DNA from: Verrucomicrobiia bacterium
GTDB taxonomy: Bacteria; Verrucomicrobiota; Verrucomicrobiia; Palsa-1439
Reading direction: 5' to 3'
Assembly: GCA_041495285.1 (NCBI GenBank)
Contig: JBGQCJ010000002.1
Span: 13,541 to 77,540 of the forward strand
Length of the DNA stretch: 64,000 nt
Below the pieces are notes generated by a model, which did not search any database, had not been told where the DNA came from, and was given only the letters and a program-made list of their open reading frames with translations. Below, one piece after another: positions 10,229-20,415 of the stretch. Positions within the stretch are counted from its first letter, which is position 1, and each line of letters starts with the position of its first letter. A program made the position numbers and the translations under genes.

Positions 10229-11932
10229 ATGCCGCGCAACGCCTCCAATCAAGCTGAGAAGCTCCGGCACTTTCAAGTGCTGGCGCGGGTCAGCAACGTC
10301 ATCAATTCTTCGCTCGAGCCGAAGAAGGTTCTTGAGCTTGTCCTCAGCGAGGCCGTCCGGGTGATGCAGGCCACCAGCGGCTCGATCGTGCTGATTGATC
10401 CGCACACGCAATTGCTGGAGATCGAAGTGGCCACCGGCTTGAGCGAGAAAGCCCGGCAACTCAAACTCGCCATCGGTCGCGGCGTGACCGGCTGGGTCGC
10501 CAAAACCGGCAAGCCATTGCGCGTGCCCGATGTGACGGCCGACCGGCGTTATGTGTCGGTGCGCAAAGACATTCGCAGCGAACTGGCCGTGCCGTTGCTC
10601 GTCGAAGGCACGCTCATCGGTGTGCTCAACGTGGATTCGACGCGCCGGGATGCGTTCAGTCCCGGGGATGAGGAATTGCTCGTCGCGCTCGCCAACCAAG
10701 CCGCGAAAGTCATCCACAATTCGTGGCTGTACGAAGCCGTGGCCTACAACATGCGCAAGCTCGAGGCGTTGTTCTCGGTCGCGCAATCCATCATCGCGTC
10801 GCTGAACCCCGAGGAGATTTTACGCCGCGTCACTCGCGAAGCCTGCGGGCTAATGGAGACGAAGGTTTGCTCGCTCATGTTGCTCAATCCGGCAAGCGAC
10901 CATCTCGAACTGGCCGCGTGCCACGGCGCGAGCCCGGCATACTTGCGCAAACCGCCGTTGCCGGTCGACGACAGTCTTGTCGGCGTCGTCGTGCGCCGCC
11001 GGAAACCGTTGCGCGTTCCCAACGTTCAAGAGCACGACGCTTACCGGCACATCGAGTTGGCGCGCAAAGAGGGATTGGTGTCGCTCCTCTCGGTGCCGAT
11101 GGTGTTCGGCGATGCGGTCATCGGCGTGCTCAACGTTTACACCGGCCAGCCGTATCATTATTCCAATCAAGACATTCACATCCTGTCCGCGCTGGCCAAT
11201 CTGGCCGCCATCGCCATTCAGAACGCCCGGCTGCACGAGAAGATCGTCGCGGTCGAGGAACAATTGCGCCGCAACGAACGGCTCAGCACGCTCGGACTTC
11301 TCGCCGCCGAAGTCGCTCACGAAATCCGCAATCCGCTGACCGTGATGAAAATGTTGTTCCACTCGCTCGATCTGAAGTTCCCGGCGGACGACCCGCGCAA
11401 CCGGGACGCCGAAGTCATGGCGACGAAGATGGATCACCTCAACAAGATCGTGGACCAGTTGCTCGGCTTCGCCCGCTCCACGGAACCGACGTTCAAGACG
11501 GTGGACCTCAACGAACTGCTCGATGACGTGCTGTTGTTGGTGCGACACAGACTCACGCAGCAGAATGTGACGTTGAAGAAGCAATTTGCGGCGAATCTGC
11601 CGGCAGTTCGCGCCGATCGCGGCCAGATCGAACAGGCTTCCCTGAACCTCGTGCTCAACGCCGCGGACGCGATGCCGCGCGGCGGCACACTCACCGTGGC
11701 AACGGTTGTGCAGGCGCCTTCATCGGTGGTGATCTCATTCAACGATACCGGCGTCGGCATGTCGCCGGGACAGCGGGACCAACTCTTCCAGCCGTTCCTG
11801 ACCACGAAAGCTCGCGGTACCGGGCTTGGCCTCGCCCTCGTCCAAAAAATCGTCGAAGCCCACCACGGCCATATTGAAGTCCAAAGCGCCCTCAAGAAAG
11901 GCACGACATTCCGCATTCTCCTGCCGGCGTGA
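10229..11932 (+). CDS. sensor histidine kinase with two GAF domains
   Basis: 567 aa. Two GAF-like repeats (GVTGWVAKTGKPLRVPDV..., LVGVVVRRRKPLRVPNV...), H-box AAEVAHEIRNPL, and HATPase N/G boxes (NLVLNAADAM, DTGVGM, GTGLGLALV). Confidence 0.9.
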   Translation: MPRNASNQAEKLRHFQVLARVSNVINSSLEPKKVLELVLSEAVRVMQATSGSIVLIDPHTQLLEIEVATGLSEKARQLKLAIGRGVTGWVAKTGKPLRVPDVTADRRYVSVRKDIRSELAVPLLVEGTLIGVLNVDSTRRDAFSPGDEELLVALANQAAKVIHNSWLYEAVAYNMRKLEALFSVAQSIIASLNPEEILRRVTREACGLMETKVCSLMLLNPASDHLELAACHGASPAYLRKPPLPVDDSLVGVVVRRRKPLRVPNVQEHDAYRHIELARKEGLVSLLSVPMVFGDAVIGVLNVYTGQPYHYSNQDIHILSALANLAAIAIQNARLHEKIVAVEEQLRRNERLSTLGLLAAEVAHEIRNPLTVMKMLFHSLDLKFPADDPRNRDAEVMATKMDHLNKIVDQLLGFARSTEPTFKTVDLNELLDDVLLLVRHRLTQQNVTLKKQFAANLPAVRADRGQIEQASLNLVLNAADAMPRGGTLTVATVVQAPSSVVISFNDTGVGMSPGQRDQLFQPFLTTKARGTGLGLALVQKIVEAHHGHIEVQSALKKGTTFRILLPA

Positions 11933-11939
11933 GCCGTGA

Positions 11940-13316
11940 TTACTGCAGGATTTCTTTCAGCGTGTGGCCGTCGGTGTTCTCGAGGCGGAGGCCGAGGAGT
12001 TCGGCGGCGGTGGGGGCGACGTCCACGAGGCGAATCGAATCGAGGACGACGCCTTTCTTGATGCCGCGGCCGGCGGCGATGAAGCCGGTTTGAAGTCCGG
12101 GTTTGTCGGGCCGGTAACCGTGGTTGCCTTTGAGCGGAGCCGGGCGGACGAATTCGCCGGTTGTTGCACCAGAGAACATGTAGCCCGGTTCGCCTTCCAG
12201 ATAAAACGCGGCATCGCGCGGGCCGCCGAGTTTGACGAGTTGCTCCTTGTCAATGATCTGGAAGAGGCGTTTGCCGGCGGCATCCGTCGCCTTGGCTTCC
12301 AACAGCGCGCGCACTTTGGTGGCTGTGTCAAGGTCTTTGGGATCGCGCAAGTACACGCCGGCCGAGCCGCCGGTATTCTGCACCATGGCTTTCCAATCCG
12401 TGACGCGTTTGCCTTCCAGCTTGATGAACCCATTTTCGGCCAGCAACACGTTCGGGGCGATTGCGTGCGACACGTCGGCAAAACCGTGGTCGCCGAGAAT
12501 GACGAACGTTGTCCGCTCGTAGATGCCCGCCTTCTTTGTGGCTTCGATGATGTCATAGACGTGGCTGTCCACGCGCCGCAATACCACTGGCAACTCCGGC
12601 GAGGAACGCCCGCCACGATGCTGTTCCTTGTCCGTCTCAATCAAATGGATGAGCATGAGGTTGGGCTTGTGCTGACGGATAATCTCGATCGCGCTGGCCG
12701 CCAGAAAATCATCGTGCTCTCTGCCGCCCTTCATACGCTCCGCCGTCAATGGCCCGGTGGAGCGTTCGATCTCCGCGAGCAACCCCGGCGTGGCATACCG
12801 GCGCGTCAACTCCAAATCGTTTCCCAGCGGCGTCGGGAACAATTCGGGAACGTCCCAGTTGATGGATTTCGATTCAACGGTGGTCGGCCACGAGACGGCG
12901 CCGACGGTCAGGCCGGCCTTGTGCGCGACATCCCAGAGCGCCGGCACTTTGATGTCGGAAGCAAAGAAAAATCCCCGGCCCTCTGACGCGAGCGGCTCGA
13001 AGACACTGTTGGCTGTCACACCGTGGCGGGCCGGAAAGACGCCGGTCACGATGGAGGCGTGTCCGCAGTATGTCATGGATGGGTACGGCGGAAAGGCGCC
13101 TTTCGCATAACTGCCGGAATCGCGCAGACTCATCAGCGTTTCGGCCACGGCAGATAGATCACCGGGCAGGTAGAACTCCGGTCGCATTCCGTCCAGCGAA
13201 ATGATGACGACGTGATTACTGCTCGCGGCGGCAGCAGTCTCGTCAGCTTGAACGGTTCCGGCAAGAAGGGTGAACGCGAGGAGCGCCAGCCACAATCCTG
13301 CCCGGCGCATTCTCAT
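11940..13316 (-). CDS. secreted nucleotide pyrophosphatase/phosphodiesterase (alkaline-phosphatase superfamily)
   Basis: 458 aa with a signal peptide. VVIISLDGMRPEFY, TYCGHASIVTG and ILGDHGF are NPP/type I phosphodiesterase hallmarks. Confidence 0.85.
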   Translation of the reverse strand: MRMRRAGLWLALLAFTLLAGTVQADETAAAASSNHVVIISLDGMRPEFYLPGDLSAVAETLMSLRDSGSYAKGAFPPYPSMTYCGHASIVTGVFPARHGVTANSVFEPLASEGRGFFFASDIKVPALWDVAHKAGLTVGAVSWPTTVESKSINWDVPELFPTPLGNDLELTRRYATPGLLAEIERSTGPLTAERMKGGREHDDFLAASAIEIIRQHKPNLMLIHLIETDKEQHRGGRSSPELPVVLRRVDSHVYDIIEATKKAGIYERTTFVILGDHGFADVSHAIAPNVLLAENGFIKLEGKRVTDWKAMVQNTGGSAGVYLRDPKDLDTATKVRALLEAKATDAAGKRLFQIIDKEQLVKLGGPRDAAFYLEGEPGYMFSGATTGEFVRPAPLKGNHGYRPDKPGLQTGFIAAGRGIKKGVVLDSIRLVDVAPTAAELLGLRLENTDGHTLKEILQ

Positions 13317-15469
13317 GGGTTGGGTGCTGCTGCGGCCGGTGTCGCTTCGGTTTTCGGCTCTTCGGTCTTCGGTTGTTCCACCGGAGCCGGCTCAGGTTTT
13401 TCGGATGGACCTTTGAGCATGGCCTCGATCTTTGGGTCAGGCTCGGCACCGAGGTCGAGCGCCTTCTGATAATGATACCGGGCCAGTTCGTAGCGCGGTT
13501 TCTTTCCGCGCGCGTAAAGCACGGCCATGTTGAAATGCGCGTCGGGATACTGCGGGTTTAACTCGATGGCTTTGCGAACTTCCTGCTCGGCGGAAGTGGC
13601 CCAGCCTTTTTCGCTGAGCGTGATGCCGAGGTAATTGTGCGCCTCGGCGTTGCGCGGGTCGAGCGTGACGGCGCGCGTCAATTCGCTGAACGCATCCTCG
13701 ACTCTGCCTTTGCGGAAATAGATCACGCCGAGCAGCGAACGGGTGGCGCTGTCGTTGGGCGCGAGCGCGGCCGCCTTGCGCAACAATCCTTCCGCTTCGT
13801 CCACGCGGCCCTGCTTGTAACGAACCACGCCGAGATTGGACAACGCCAGCAGGTTTTTCGGATCGGCCTCCAGCACCTTGTCGTACTTCGTCGCGGCGGT
13901 GTCCAAATCCTTCAATTGCGCCGCCGCGCGTGCTTCGTTCAGCAGCGTGCGGATTTCCGGCGACGCCTGGGGCGCGGCGTTCGCGGCGGCATTGGTCTGG
14001 GCTTTCGGCGGCTCAGCCGGTGGCGGTGTGGCTTTGGCTGTTTCGGCAACCGGTGCCGGGGCTGGCGCTGGTGCCGGCTTCGGGGCGGTTTTCTTCGGCG
14101 CGGCCGGTTCCTTCGTTCGGGCCGGTGGCTTGGAAACCTTTTCCGGCTCGGGTGGTTTGGGTGGCGGCGGCGCCGTTACCGTAGCGACGAGTTTGCCTTG
14201 CGCCGATTTTTCGGTTGTGGTGGCCGGCAACTGTTTGGCTTGTGCCGGTTCCGGTGTTTCCGGCGGGTGGCGGCGCGGACGCCAGCCTTTCAATTCGTGA
14301 ATCGTCGGCCCGGTCAGTTCTTCGGTGGGACGGGCCGAAACTGACTTGCGATCGGCGATGAGCCGCAGCAGCGCGTTTTCCTTGCGGAGTTGCCGGATAA
14401 TTTCGTCGTCCTTGCCGGTAACGGCTTGTGCGGCGACGAGTTTGCGGTTGGCGTCGGTGAGTTGGGTGACGATTTCGTCGTAGTTGCGGCGCAGGTCGCG
14501 ATTCTCCGACTGCGCGGTCTCGAGGTTCTTCTTGACGGCGCCCAGCTCTTGCCGGCTTTGTTCGAGTTCGCGTTTGGTTTGTTCGATCTCGGCGCGAGCT
14601 TGGGTCAATTCGGTGCGCAGTTGGGCGACTTCGGGTGATTCGCCGGCTACGGCGGGTGCTTTTTCGCGAAGTTGGGCGGCTTCGGTTTGCGCGGCGGCCA
14701 GTTGCGCGGCCAACTCGGTGTTTTTCTTCAGCAGCTCTTCAATTTGCGGCGTCGTCTCGGTGGGCGCAACTTTGCTCAAGGATTCCTGCAGCTTGGTGTT
14801 GATTTCGTCGCGCGCGGCTTCGAGTTGGTGAATCTGATTGCGGGCGCGTTGCAGTTCGCCGGCCAAGGATTCCATCGAAGCGACTTGTTTCAGCGCGTCC
14901 TGCAGTTTGGTGTTCAACTCGTCGCGGCTCGCCTCAAGTTGGCGGACGCGCTCGTCGGGAGGCGCAGCGGGTGCCCGACTGGCAAGAGCCTCCTGCAGTT
15001 TCGTGTTCAGTTCGTCGCGGCCGGCTTGCAGGTCGCGGACTTGCTGCGCCTGGCGCTGGAGTTCGGCGGTGAGTTGTTGGACGCGTTCGGTGTCGGTGGC
15101 CGCGGCCGGTGGTTCGGCCGGTGAAGGTGTTTCTGTTGCCGGGGTTGGGGTCGGTGCGGGGGCGGGCGCCGGCGGTGCCGATTTCGCTTTCAGTTCGGCG
15201 ACATGCGCGTTGCAGTACTTGATCCGGAATTGAACGATGTGCGGATTCCAATCGGGAGTGGCCGACTCGATCTGGCGGAGAATCTCCAACGCGCCGGTGT
15301 ACTTCGTCTCGGCCTTGACCCAATCGCTCTGGCGCTCGGCGGCATCGCCTTCTTGAATGAGGAAGTAGGCTTCGAGAAACTGGTCGGCGGGGTCGGGGGC
15401 CGCCCACAGGGGAGTTGCGCCGCGACCGCACAGCGCAAACAGGAAGCACAGCAGCAGGATTCTCTTCAT
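13313..15469 (-). CDS. secreted coiled-coil / Pro-rich / TPR-repeat protein
   Basis: The ORF is open to 15508, but MKRILLLCFLFALCG (ATG 15469) is a good signal peptide. It has a long coiled coil with a triplicated RDE[LI]NTKLQ module, PAPAP linkers and C-terminal TPRs (AEAHNYLGITL..., PDAHFNMAVLY). Confidence 0.85.
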   Translation of the reverse strand: MKRILLLCFLFALCGRGATPLWAAPDPADQFLEAYFLIQEGDAAERQSDWVKAETKYTGALEILRQIESATPDWNPHIVQFRIKYCNAHVAELKAKSAPPAPAPAPTPTPATETPSPAEPPAAATDTERVQQLTAELQRQAQQVRDLQAGRDELNTKLQEALASRAPAAPPDERVRQLEASRDELNTKLQDALKQVASMESLAGELQRARNQIHQLEAARDEINTKLQESLSKVAPTETTPQIEELLKKNTELAAQLAAAQTEAAQLREKAPAVAGESPEVAQLRTELTQARAEIEQTKRELEQSRQELGAVKKNLETAQSENRDLRRNYDEIVTQLTDANRKLVAAQAVTGKDDEIIRQLRKENALLRLIADRKSVSARPTEELTGPTIHELKGWRPRRHPPETPEPAQAKQLPATTTEKSAQGKLVATVTAPPPPKPPEPEKVSKPPARTKEPAAPKKTAPKPAPAPAPAPVAETAKATPPPAEPPKAQTNAAANAAPQASPEIRTLLNEARAAAQLKDLDTAATKYDKVLEADPKNLLALSNLGVVRYKQGRVDEAEGLLRKAAALAPNDSATRSLLGVIYFRKGRVEDAFSELTRAVTLDPRNAEAHNYLGITLSEKGWATSAEQEVRKAIELNPQYPDAHFNMAVLYARGKKPRYELARYHYQKALDLGAEPDPKIEAMLKGPSEKPEPAPVEQPKTEEPKTEATPAAAAPNP
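14786..15031. repeat. three ~40-nt intragenic direct repeats (coiled-coil module)
   Basis: Plus-strand copies are cctgcagcttggtgttgatttcgtcgcgcgcggcttcgag (14786), cctgcagtttggtgttcaactcgtcgcggctcgcctcaag (14899) and cctgcagtttcgtgttcagttcgtcgcggccggcttgcag (14992). They encode L[EQ]A.RDE[LI]NTKLQ[ED][AS]L. Confidence 0.7.
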
Positions 15470-15555
15470 TGGAGCGGGAACTCTAATGGAAAGCGACCGG
15501 GTTTGCAACGGTTTGCTTTCACCGACGTTTGGACACCGGCGCGTGCGCCCGGCGC

Positions 15556-17400
15556 TCAGAGGGCACGAACTTTTTCGGCAATGCGGGCGGCGCTCAGCCC
15601 GTAGTGATGAAGCAGTTCCTCGGGCTTGCCGCTGCGGGGAAGCTCGCGGACGGCCAGCTTGTGGACGCGCACGCCTTCCGGCGAGACGGCCGCCGCCACC
15701 GCGTCACCAAGGCCACCATCAATATAATGATCCTCGACGGTGATGATCGTGTTGTTCGTGCGTTTGGCGGATTCGACCAGTAGCGCCGCGTCAATGGGTT
15801 TGACGCTGAAAATGTCGATGACACGGATCATCGTGCCCTGCGCCTTGAGTTGGTCGTACGCCTTGAGCGCCTCGAAGACGGTCACGCCTGCGCCGACGAC
15901 CGTGACTTTGTCGTTGTCGCTGTGGCGAAGCAAGTTCGCCTTGCCGAGCGCGAACTCGTGATGATTGTCGTAGGTGACCGGCGTCTTCGGACGCGACGTG
16001 CGGATGAAGACCATGCCGAGATGGTTCGCCGCCAGCTCGACGGCGCGCTCGGTGCTGACCGCGTCACTCGGATATAACACGACGCAATCGGACATCGCCC
16101 GGAACATCGCGATATCTTCCAGCGCCATCTGCGACGGGCCATCCTCGCCGATGGAGATGCCGGCGTGCGAGCCGACCATCTTGATGTTCGCCTTTGAAAT
16201 CGCCGCCATGCGAATCTGGTCGCAGGCGCGTTCGAGGAAGCACGCGAACGTGGACGCAAACGGCACCTTGCCGCGCGAGGCCATGCCGGCAGCCACGCCG
16301 ATCATGTATTGCTCGGCGATGAATCCTTCGAACGACCGGTCGGGATACTTTTCAAAAAACTTCTCCGCAAACGTGGAATTCTTCGTGTCGCCGTCAATCG
16401 CGGTAATGCGCGGGTCAACCGCGCCGATTTTCACCAGCGCGGTGCCATAGGCTTCCCGGGTGGCCACCTGATCGCCGAGTTTGTAATTGGGCATTTCGAT
16501 GGGCACCGGCTTGTGGAGTTCGACCGGTTTCTCCCGCGGGACGCGTCGCACTTTCGCGCCGGTGGCGCCGGTCAGTTTCGCTTGCAGTTCCGCAATCGCC
16601 TTGTCGTGTTCTTCGCCCTTCTTCAGCGGGCGGCCGTGCCAGCCTTCCTTGTCTTCGACGAACGAGATGCCCCGGCCTTTGAATGTCTTGGCCAGGATCA
16701 CCGACGGCTGATCTTTGCTCCGGCGCGCCTTGCGCAACGCGCTCACGATTTGCGGCATGTCGTGTCCGTCAATCACCAGCGTCCGCCAGCCGAAGGACGC
16801 GAACCGTTTCTTGTACGTTTCGAGATCGTGCTGGAGCATCGTCGGCTGCGACTGGCCGAGCCGGTTAATGTCAATGATCGCGGTGAGGTTGCTGAGCTTG
16901 TAATAACTACCGGTCTCAACGGCTTCCCACACCGAACCCTCGGCGCTTTCGCCGTCGCCGAGCAAGGCCCACGTGTGATAATCGCGCTTGTCGATTCTGG
17001 CCGCAAACGCCATTCCCACGGCGCAGCTCAATCCTTGCCCCAGTGAGCCGGTCGCCACGTCCACGAAATCCAGCCGGGGCGTCGGATGACCTTCCAAGTC
17101 GCTGTCGAATCGCCGCAACGTTTTGAGATGTTCGACCGGTATGTGGCCGACTTCCGCCCACGCGGCGTACAGAATCGGTGCCGCGTGACCTTTCGAGAGA
17201 ACGAGCCGGTCGTTGCCGGGGTTCTTCGGATGCTTCGGGTCGAAGTGCATGCCGCCGAAAAACAACGCCGCCATGATGTCGGCGGCGGAGCAGCAGGTGC
17301 TCGGATGACCCGACCCGGCTTCGGTCGTCATGTTCACGGAATGGATGCGCAACCGGGTGGCAACATCTTTGAGCGCGGCGTACTTGTCGGCTGAAGTCAT
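15556..17400 (-). CDS. tkt: transketolase
   Basis: 614 aa. Contains GSGHPSTCCSAADIMAALFF, LSKGHAAP and the ThDP motif GDGESAEGSVWEA, plus pyrimidine-binding and C-terminal domains. Confidence 0.95.
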   Translation of the reverse strand: MTSADKYAALKDVATRLRIHSVNMTTEAGSGHPSTCCSAADIMAALFFGGMHFDPKHPKNPGNDRLVLSKGHAAPILYAAWAEVGHIPVEHLKTLRRFDSDLEGHPTPRLDFVDVATGSLGQGLSCAVGMAFAARIDKRDYHTWALLGDGESAEGSVWEAVETGSYYKLSNLTAIIDINRLGQSQPTMLQHDLETYKKRFASFGWRTLVIDGHDMPQIVSALRKARRSKDQPSVILAKTFKGRGISFVEDKEGWHGRPLKKGEEHDKAIAELQAKLTGATGAKVRRVPREKPVELHKPVPIEMPNYKLGDQVATREAYGTALVKIGAVDPRITAIDGDTKNSTFAEKFFEKYPDRSFEGFIAEQYMIGVAAGMASRGKVPFASTFACFLERACDQIRMAAISKANIKMVGSHAGISIGEDGPSQMALEDIAMFRAMSDCVVLYPSDAVSTERAVELAANHLGMVFIRTSRPKTPVTYDNHHEFALGKANLLRHSDNDKVTVVGAGVTVFEALKAYDQLKAQGTMIRVIDIFSVKPIDAALLVESAKRTNNTIITVEDHYIDGGLGDAVAAAVSPEGVRVHKLAVRELPRSGKPEELLHHYGLSAARIAEKVRAL

Positions 17401-17446
17401 GATGGATTTATCGTAGAGGAAGCCCGAATGAGTGTCAACGACCCGG

Positions 17447-18406
17447 TCACGCGTCGGCGGCTTCGGCGGCTTTCGCGACCACGACCGGCGCGGGTCTCTT
17501 CCCGGCTAGAACCGTCAGCGCGCCACCGGCCAGCAGGATCACGCCGGACACGAGCTGACCTGCCGTCAACGTCTCGCCGAAGAGCCACCGCGACAACAGC
17601 AACGTCCCGAGCGGCGTGAGCAACAACATCGTCGCGCAGACCGACACGCCGATCACCTTCAGCGCATAATAATATAGAGTGTGCCCCAACCCGATGCAGA
17701 GCATGCCGGACAAGATCAACACCATGTTGACGTGCCACGGCGCATGACGCCAACTGCCGATGTCGCTCCACAGCAGCACCGGCACCAGCAACCCGATTGT
17801 CGTGTACACGCTGACCACAGCAAATGAAGCGGTCGAACCAATCTCGGCGGCAACTTTCTTTACCGTCACGCTATACGTCGCCCACATCGCCGCGCTCCCG
17901 AGCACGAGGATGACCGCGAAGTTGATCTTCAATTCGCCAATGTCATGCCGCAGCAGCGACAATCCCGCCGTACCGGCAGTGCACAGAAACACGCCCGACA
18001 AAAATCGGCGTGACCGGAACAACCATCGTTCCTCCGGGAAGAACGCGTAGGCCATGACGGCCGCAAACAGGATGCTCGACTTGTTCAAGAACGAGGTGAA
18101 CGCCGGGTTCAGCCACTGCAATGCGAACACCCAGCCTGTTTGGTGCAAGACATTCGGTAACGTCGGCCACAGCAACCGGAGCAGTTGACGTTTACCGAGT
18201 GTGGCCGGCTTCTGTCGTTGTTGCCATGCCAACAACGGCAACATCAGCACGACCCCGCTGGAGTACCGGAGAAAATTCTGCGCGAACGGATCGTAGTGTG
18301 GCATCAGGAATTTCACGAACAACGTCGGCGTGCACCACAACACCAACACGACCGCCAACGCCACCCACGCTTTCTGCCGCTCCGTCATGACGCGACATCT
18401 TAACAA
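17447..18406 (-). CDS. DMT-superfamily (EamA-like) transporter
   Basis: 319 aa with about 10 hydrophobic segments in two EamA-like halves. An alternative start is M7 at 18388. Confidence 0.8.
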   Translation of the reverse strand: MLRCRVMTERQKAWVALAVVLVLWCTPTLFVKFLMPHYDPFAQNFLRYSSGVVLMLPLLAWQQRQKPATLGKRQLLRLLWPTLPNVLHQTGWVFALQWLNPAFTSFLNKSSILFAAVMAYAFFPEERWLFRSRRFLSGVFLCTAGTAGLSLLRHDIGELKINFAVILVLGSAAMWATYSVTVKKVAAEIGSTASFAVVSVYTTIGLLVPVLLWSDIGSWRHAPWHVNMVLILSGMLCIGLGHTLYYYALKVIGVSVCATMLLLTPLGTLLLSRWLFGETLTAGQLVSGVILLAGGALTVLAGKRPAPVVVAKAAEAADA

Positions 18407-18577
18407 AACGTCAGCACTCGTTCAGCCTTTGTCGGATTCATTGCGCCGCCGCGTTTGCGCTTAAGTGCTTGATTTTGCGCCAGAGAACGAGACAATTTCG
18501 CCAAGTCTACAGATTTACTACACGGAGAATATTCCGTATAATCGTAAGTTAGACGTCACGACGCGCCAGAGGTAAAC

Positions 18578-19054
18578 ATGTTTGTTTTTGTCCGTGCGGT
18601 CACTTACGCTGCGCTGTTTATCGGCCTCGTGCTCATCTACGTACCGGCCCGCCTCTTGTCTTGGTCCGGGATTGTCCGCCCCGCGGCGATTGAAGCACAG
18701 CAGGTTGCCGGGATGGTTAGCGGGGCTGCTGGTGCAGTGGTTGCTTTGTGGTGCATATTCACTTTCGCATCTATCGGAAGAGGTACTCCGGCGCCCTTCG
18801 ACCCGCCTCGCCGACTGGTGATTCAGGGGCCTTACCGCTTCGTGCGGAATCCCATGTACATTGGCGCAGGACTCGCCCTGGCCGGCGCGGCGCTCTTCTA
18901 TGAGTCGTTGCCGCTTCTGGGTTATACTGGCCTCTTCTTTCTCGCAACTCACCTCTTTGTGGTGGGCTACGAGGAGCCCACTCTACGACAGACCTTCGGG
19001 CAAGACTACGAAGCGTATTGCGGCCGGGTCCGGCGATGGTGGCCGCGCGTATGA
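18578..19054 (+). CDS. isoprenylcysteine carboxyl methyltransferase / phospholipid methyltransferase family membrane protein
   Basis: 158 aa with four TM segments. The GPYRFVRNPMYIGAGLALAGAALFYES motif is typical of the ICMT/PEMT family. Confidence 0.8.
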   Translation: MFVFVRAVTYAALFIGLVLIYVPARLLSWSGIVRPAAIEAQQVAGMVSGAAGAVVALWCIFTFASIGRGTPAPFDPPRRLVIQGPYRFVRNPMYIGAGLALAGAALFYESLPLLGYTGLFFLATHLFVVGYEEPTLRQTFGQDYEAYCGRVRRWWPRV

Positions 19055-19173
19055 GCCGCACGATTCTGATGCTGCCTAACAAGTGGGATGGAGCCGACCC
19101 GCTATCGCTCGCGGCTCATCCCTGACGTTCGCCGATCTTCCGTTGCGCTCGCTGCATTTGCTAGAATTGGACT

Positions 19174-19749
19174 GTGCTTGAGGCTGGATTGTTGCTCGAT
19201 GCGTACCGTCATGGGATTTTTCCGATGGCGATTGACAAGCGCGGCTCCATCGGCTGGTTCTCGCCCGACCCGCGTGCGGTCATTCCCCTCGACGACCGGT
19301 TTCACATTCCGCACGGTCTGCGCCGGGCATTGAAGCAGAGAAAATTTGAAGTCAGTTTCGACGCGGACTTCCCGGCAGTCATCCGTGAGTGCTCGAAGAG
19401 GAAGGGGGGCACATGGATTTCCAAACAGATCATCGAAAGCTACTGTAATCTTCATCGGCTCGGCCACGCGCACTCGGTCGAGACGCGACTGGACGGCAAA
19501 CTCGTCGGCGGGTTGTATGGTGTGCACGTTGGTGGAGCGTTTTTTGGGGAGAGCATGTTTCATCGGGTGCCGGATGCGTCGAAGGTGGCGCTGGTGGCGT
19601 TGGTGGAGCGACTCCGGCAGCGCGGTTTCTTATTATTGGACACGCAATGGCAGACTCCGCATCTCGCGCAGTTCGGAACGTACGAAATTCCCCGGGACGA
19701 ATACCTGCGGAAATTGCAGGACGCACTGGCGATGGGTTGCCGGTTTTAG
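19174..19749 (+). CDS. aat: leucyl/phenylalanyl-tRNA--protein transferase
   Basis: 191 aa with LLLDAYRHGIFPM, WFSPDPRAV, HSVE, GGLYGV.LGGAFFGESMF and LLDTQ motifs. Confidence 0.9.
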   Translation: MLEAGLLLDAYRHGIFPMAIDKRGSIGWFSPDPRAVIPLDDRFHIPHGLRRALKQRKFEVSFDADFPAVIRECSKRKGGTWISKQIIESYCNLHRLGHAHSVETRLDGKLVGGLYGVHVGGAFFGESMFHRVPDASKVALVALVERLRQRGFLLLDTQWQTPHLAQFGTYEIPRDEYLRKLQDALAMGCRF

Positions 19750-19900
19750 CGGTGTCCTAATTTGGAGGGCCATGCTCCGTCATGGCCGCATTCTGCAAAC
19801 GGACGCGACGGAGCGCGTCCCTCCCCTCGACAAATGGAGACACCACCCCGATTTTGAGCCGTTTGCATCGTGGCGGTGCCCGCGATAGAATGAAGCCGGC

Positions 19901-20350
19901 ATGAGAATCGCGGCTGGGATCATCGGTGTGATGATCGTCGCGGGCGTCGCGGCGATGGCGCGCGCGGATTGGACGGACGCGCACAGCGCGGCGGATACCG
20001 GCGATGTGGCCGGACTGTCCAAGCTGCTCAAGCGCCGGCCGGAGTTGGTCGAAGCGAAAGAGGTGGGCGATCATACGCCGTTGCATCTGGCGGCTTGGAG
20101 CGGTCATGCGGACGCGGCCGAGGTGTTGCTGGCCCACGGGGCGAAGATCGGCGCGCCGGACGTGTGCGGTTGGACGCCGCTGCACACGGCGGCCGTTCGC
20201 AATCACATCAACGTCGTCAAGCTGCTTCTCGCCAAGGGCGCGGAGGTCAACGCCAAGGATCGGACCGGGCAGACGCCTCTGCGTCTGGCCCTCAAGTACC
20301 GGCGACCGGACATTGCCGAATTGCTCCGCGCGCACGGCGGGCACGAGTAG
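19901..20350 (+). CDS. secreted ankyrin-repeat protein
   Basis: 149 aa. A signal-like N-terminus is followed by three ANK repeats (GDHTPLHLAAWSGHADAAEVLLAHGA, GWTPLHTAAVRNHINVVKLLLAKGA, GQTPLRLALKYRRPDIAELLRAHG). Confidence 0.85.
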   Translation: MRIAAGIIGVMIVAGVAAMARADWTDAHSAADTGDVAGLSKLLKRRPELVEAKEVGDHTPLHLAAWSGHADAAEVLLAHGAKIGAPDVCGWTPLHTAAVRNHINVVKLLLAKGAEVNAKDRTGQTPLRLALKYRRPDIAELLRAHGGHE

Positions 20351-20415
20351 CCGAGCCCGGCCAGTATCTTCTTGAGCGTCCGCGCGGCTTGAGGAATGAT
20401 GGTCAACGCGGCGCC

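Noticed and set aside
19801-19820. Hairpin GGACGCG-ACGGAG-CGCGTCC downstream of aat, possibly a REP-like element or terminator
   Set aside because: No U-tract follows it and only one copy is present in this window. A REP-family call would need a genome-wide count.
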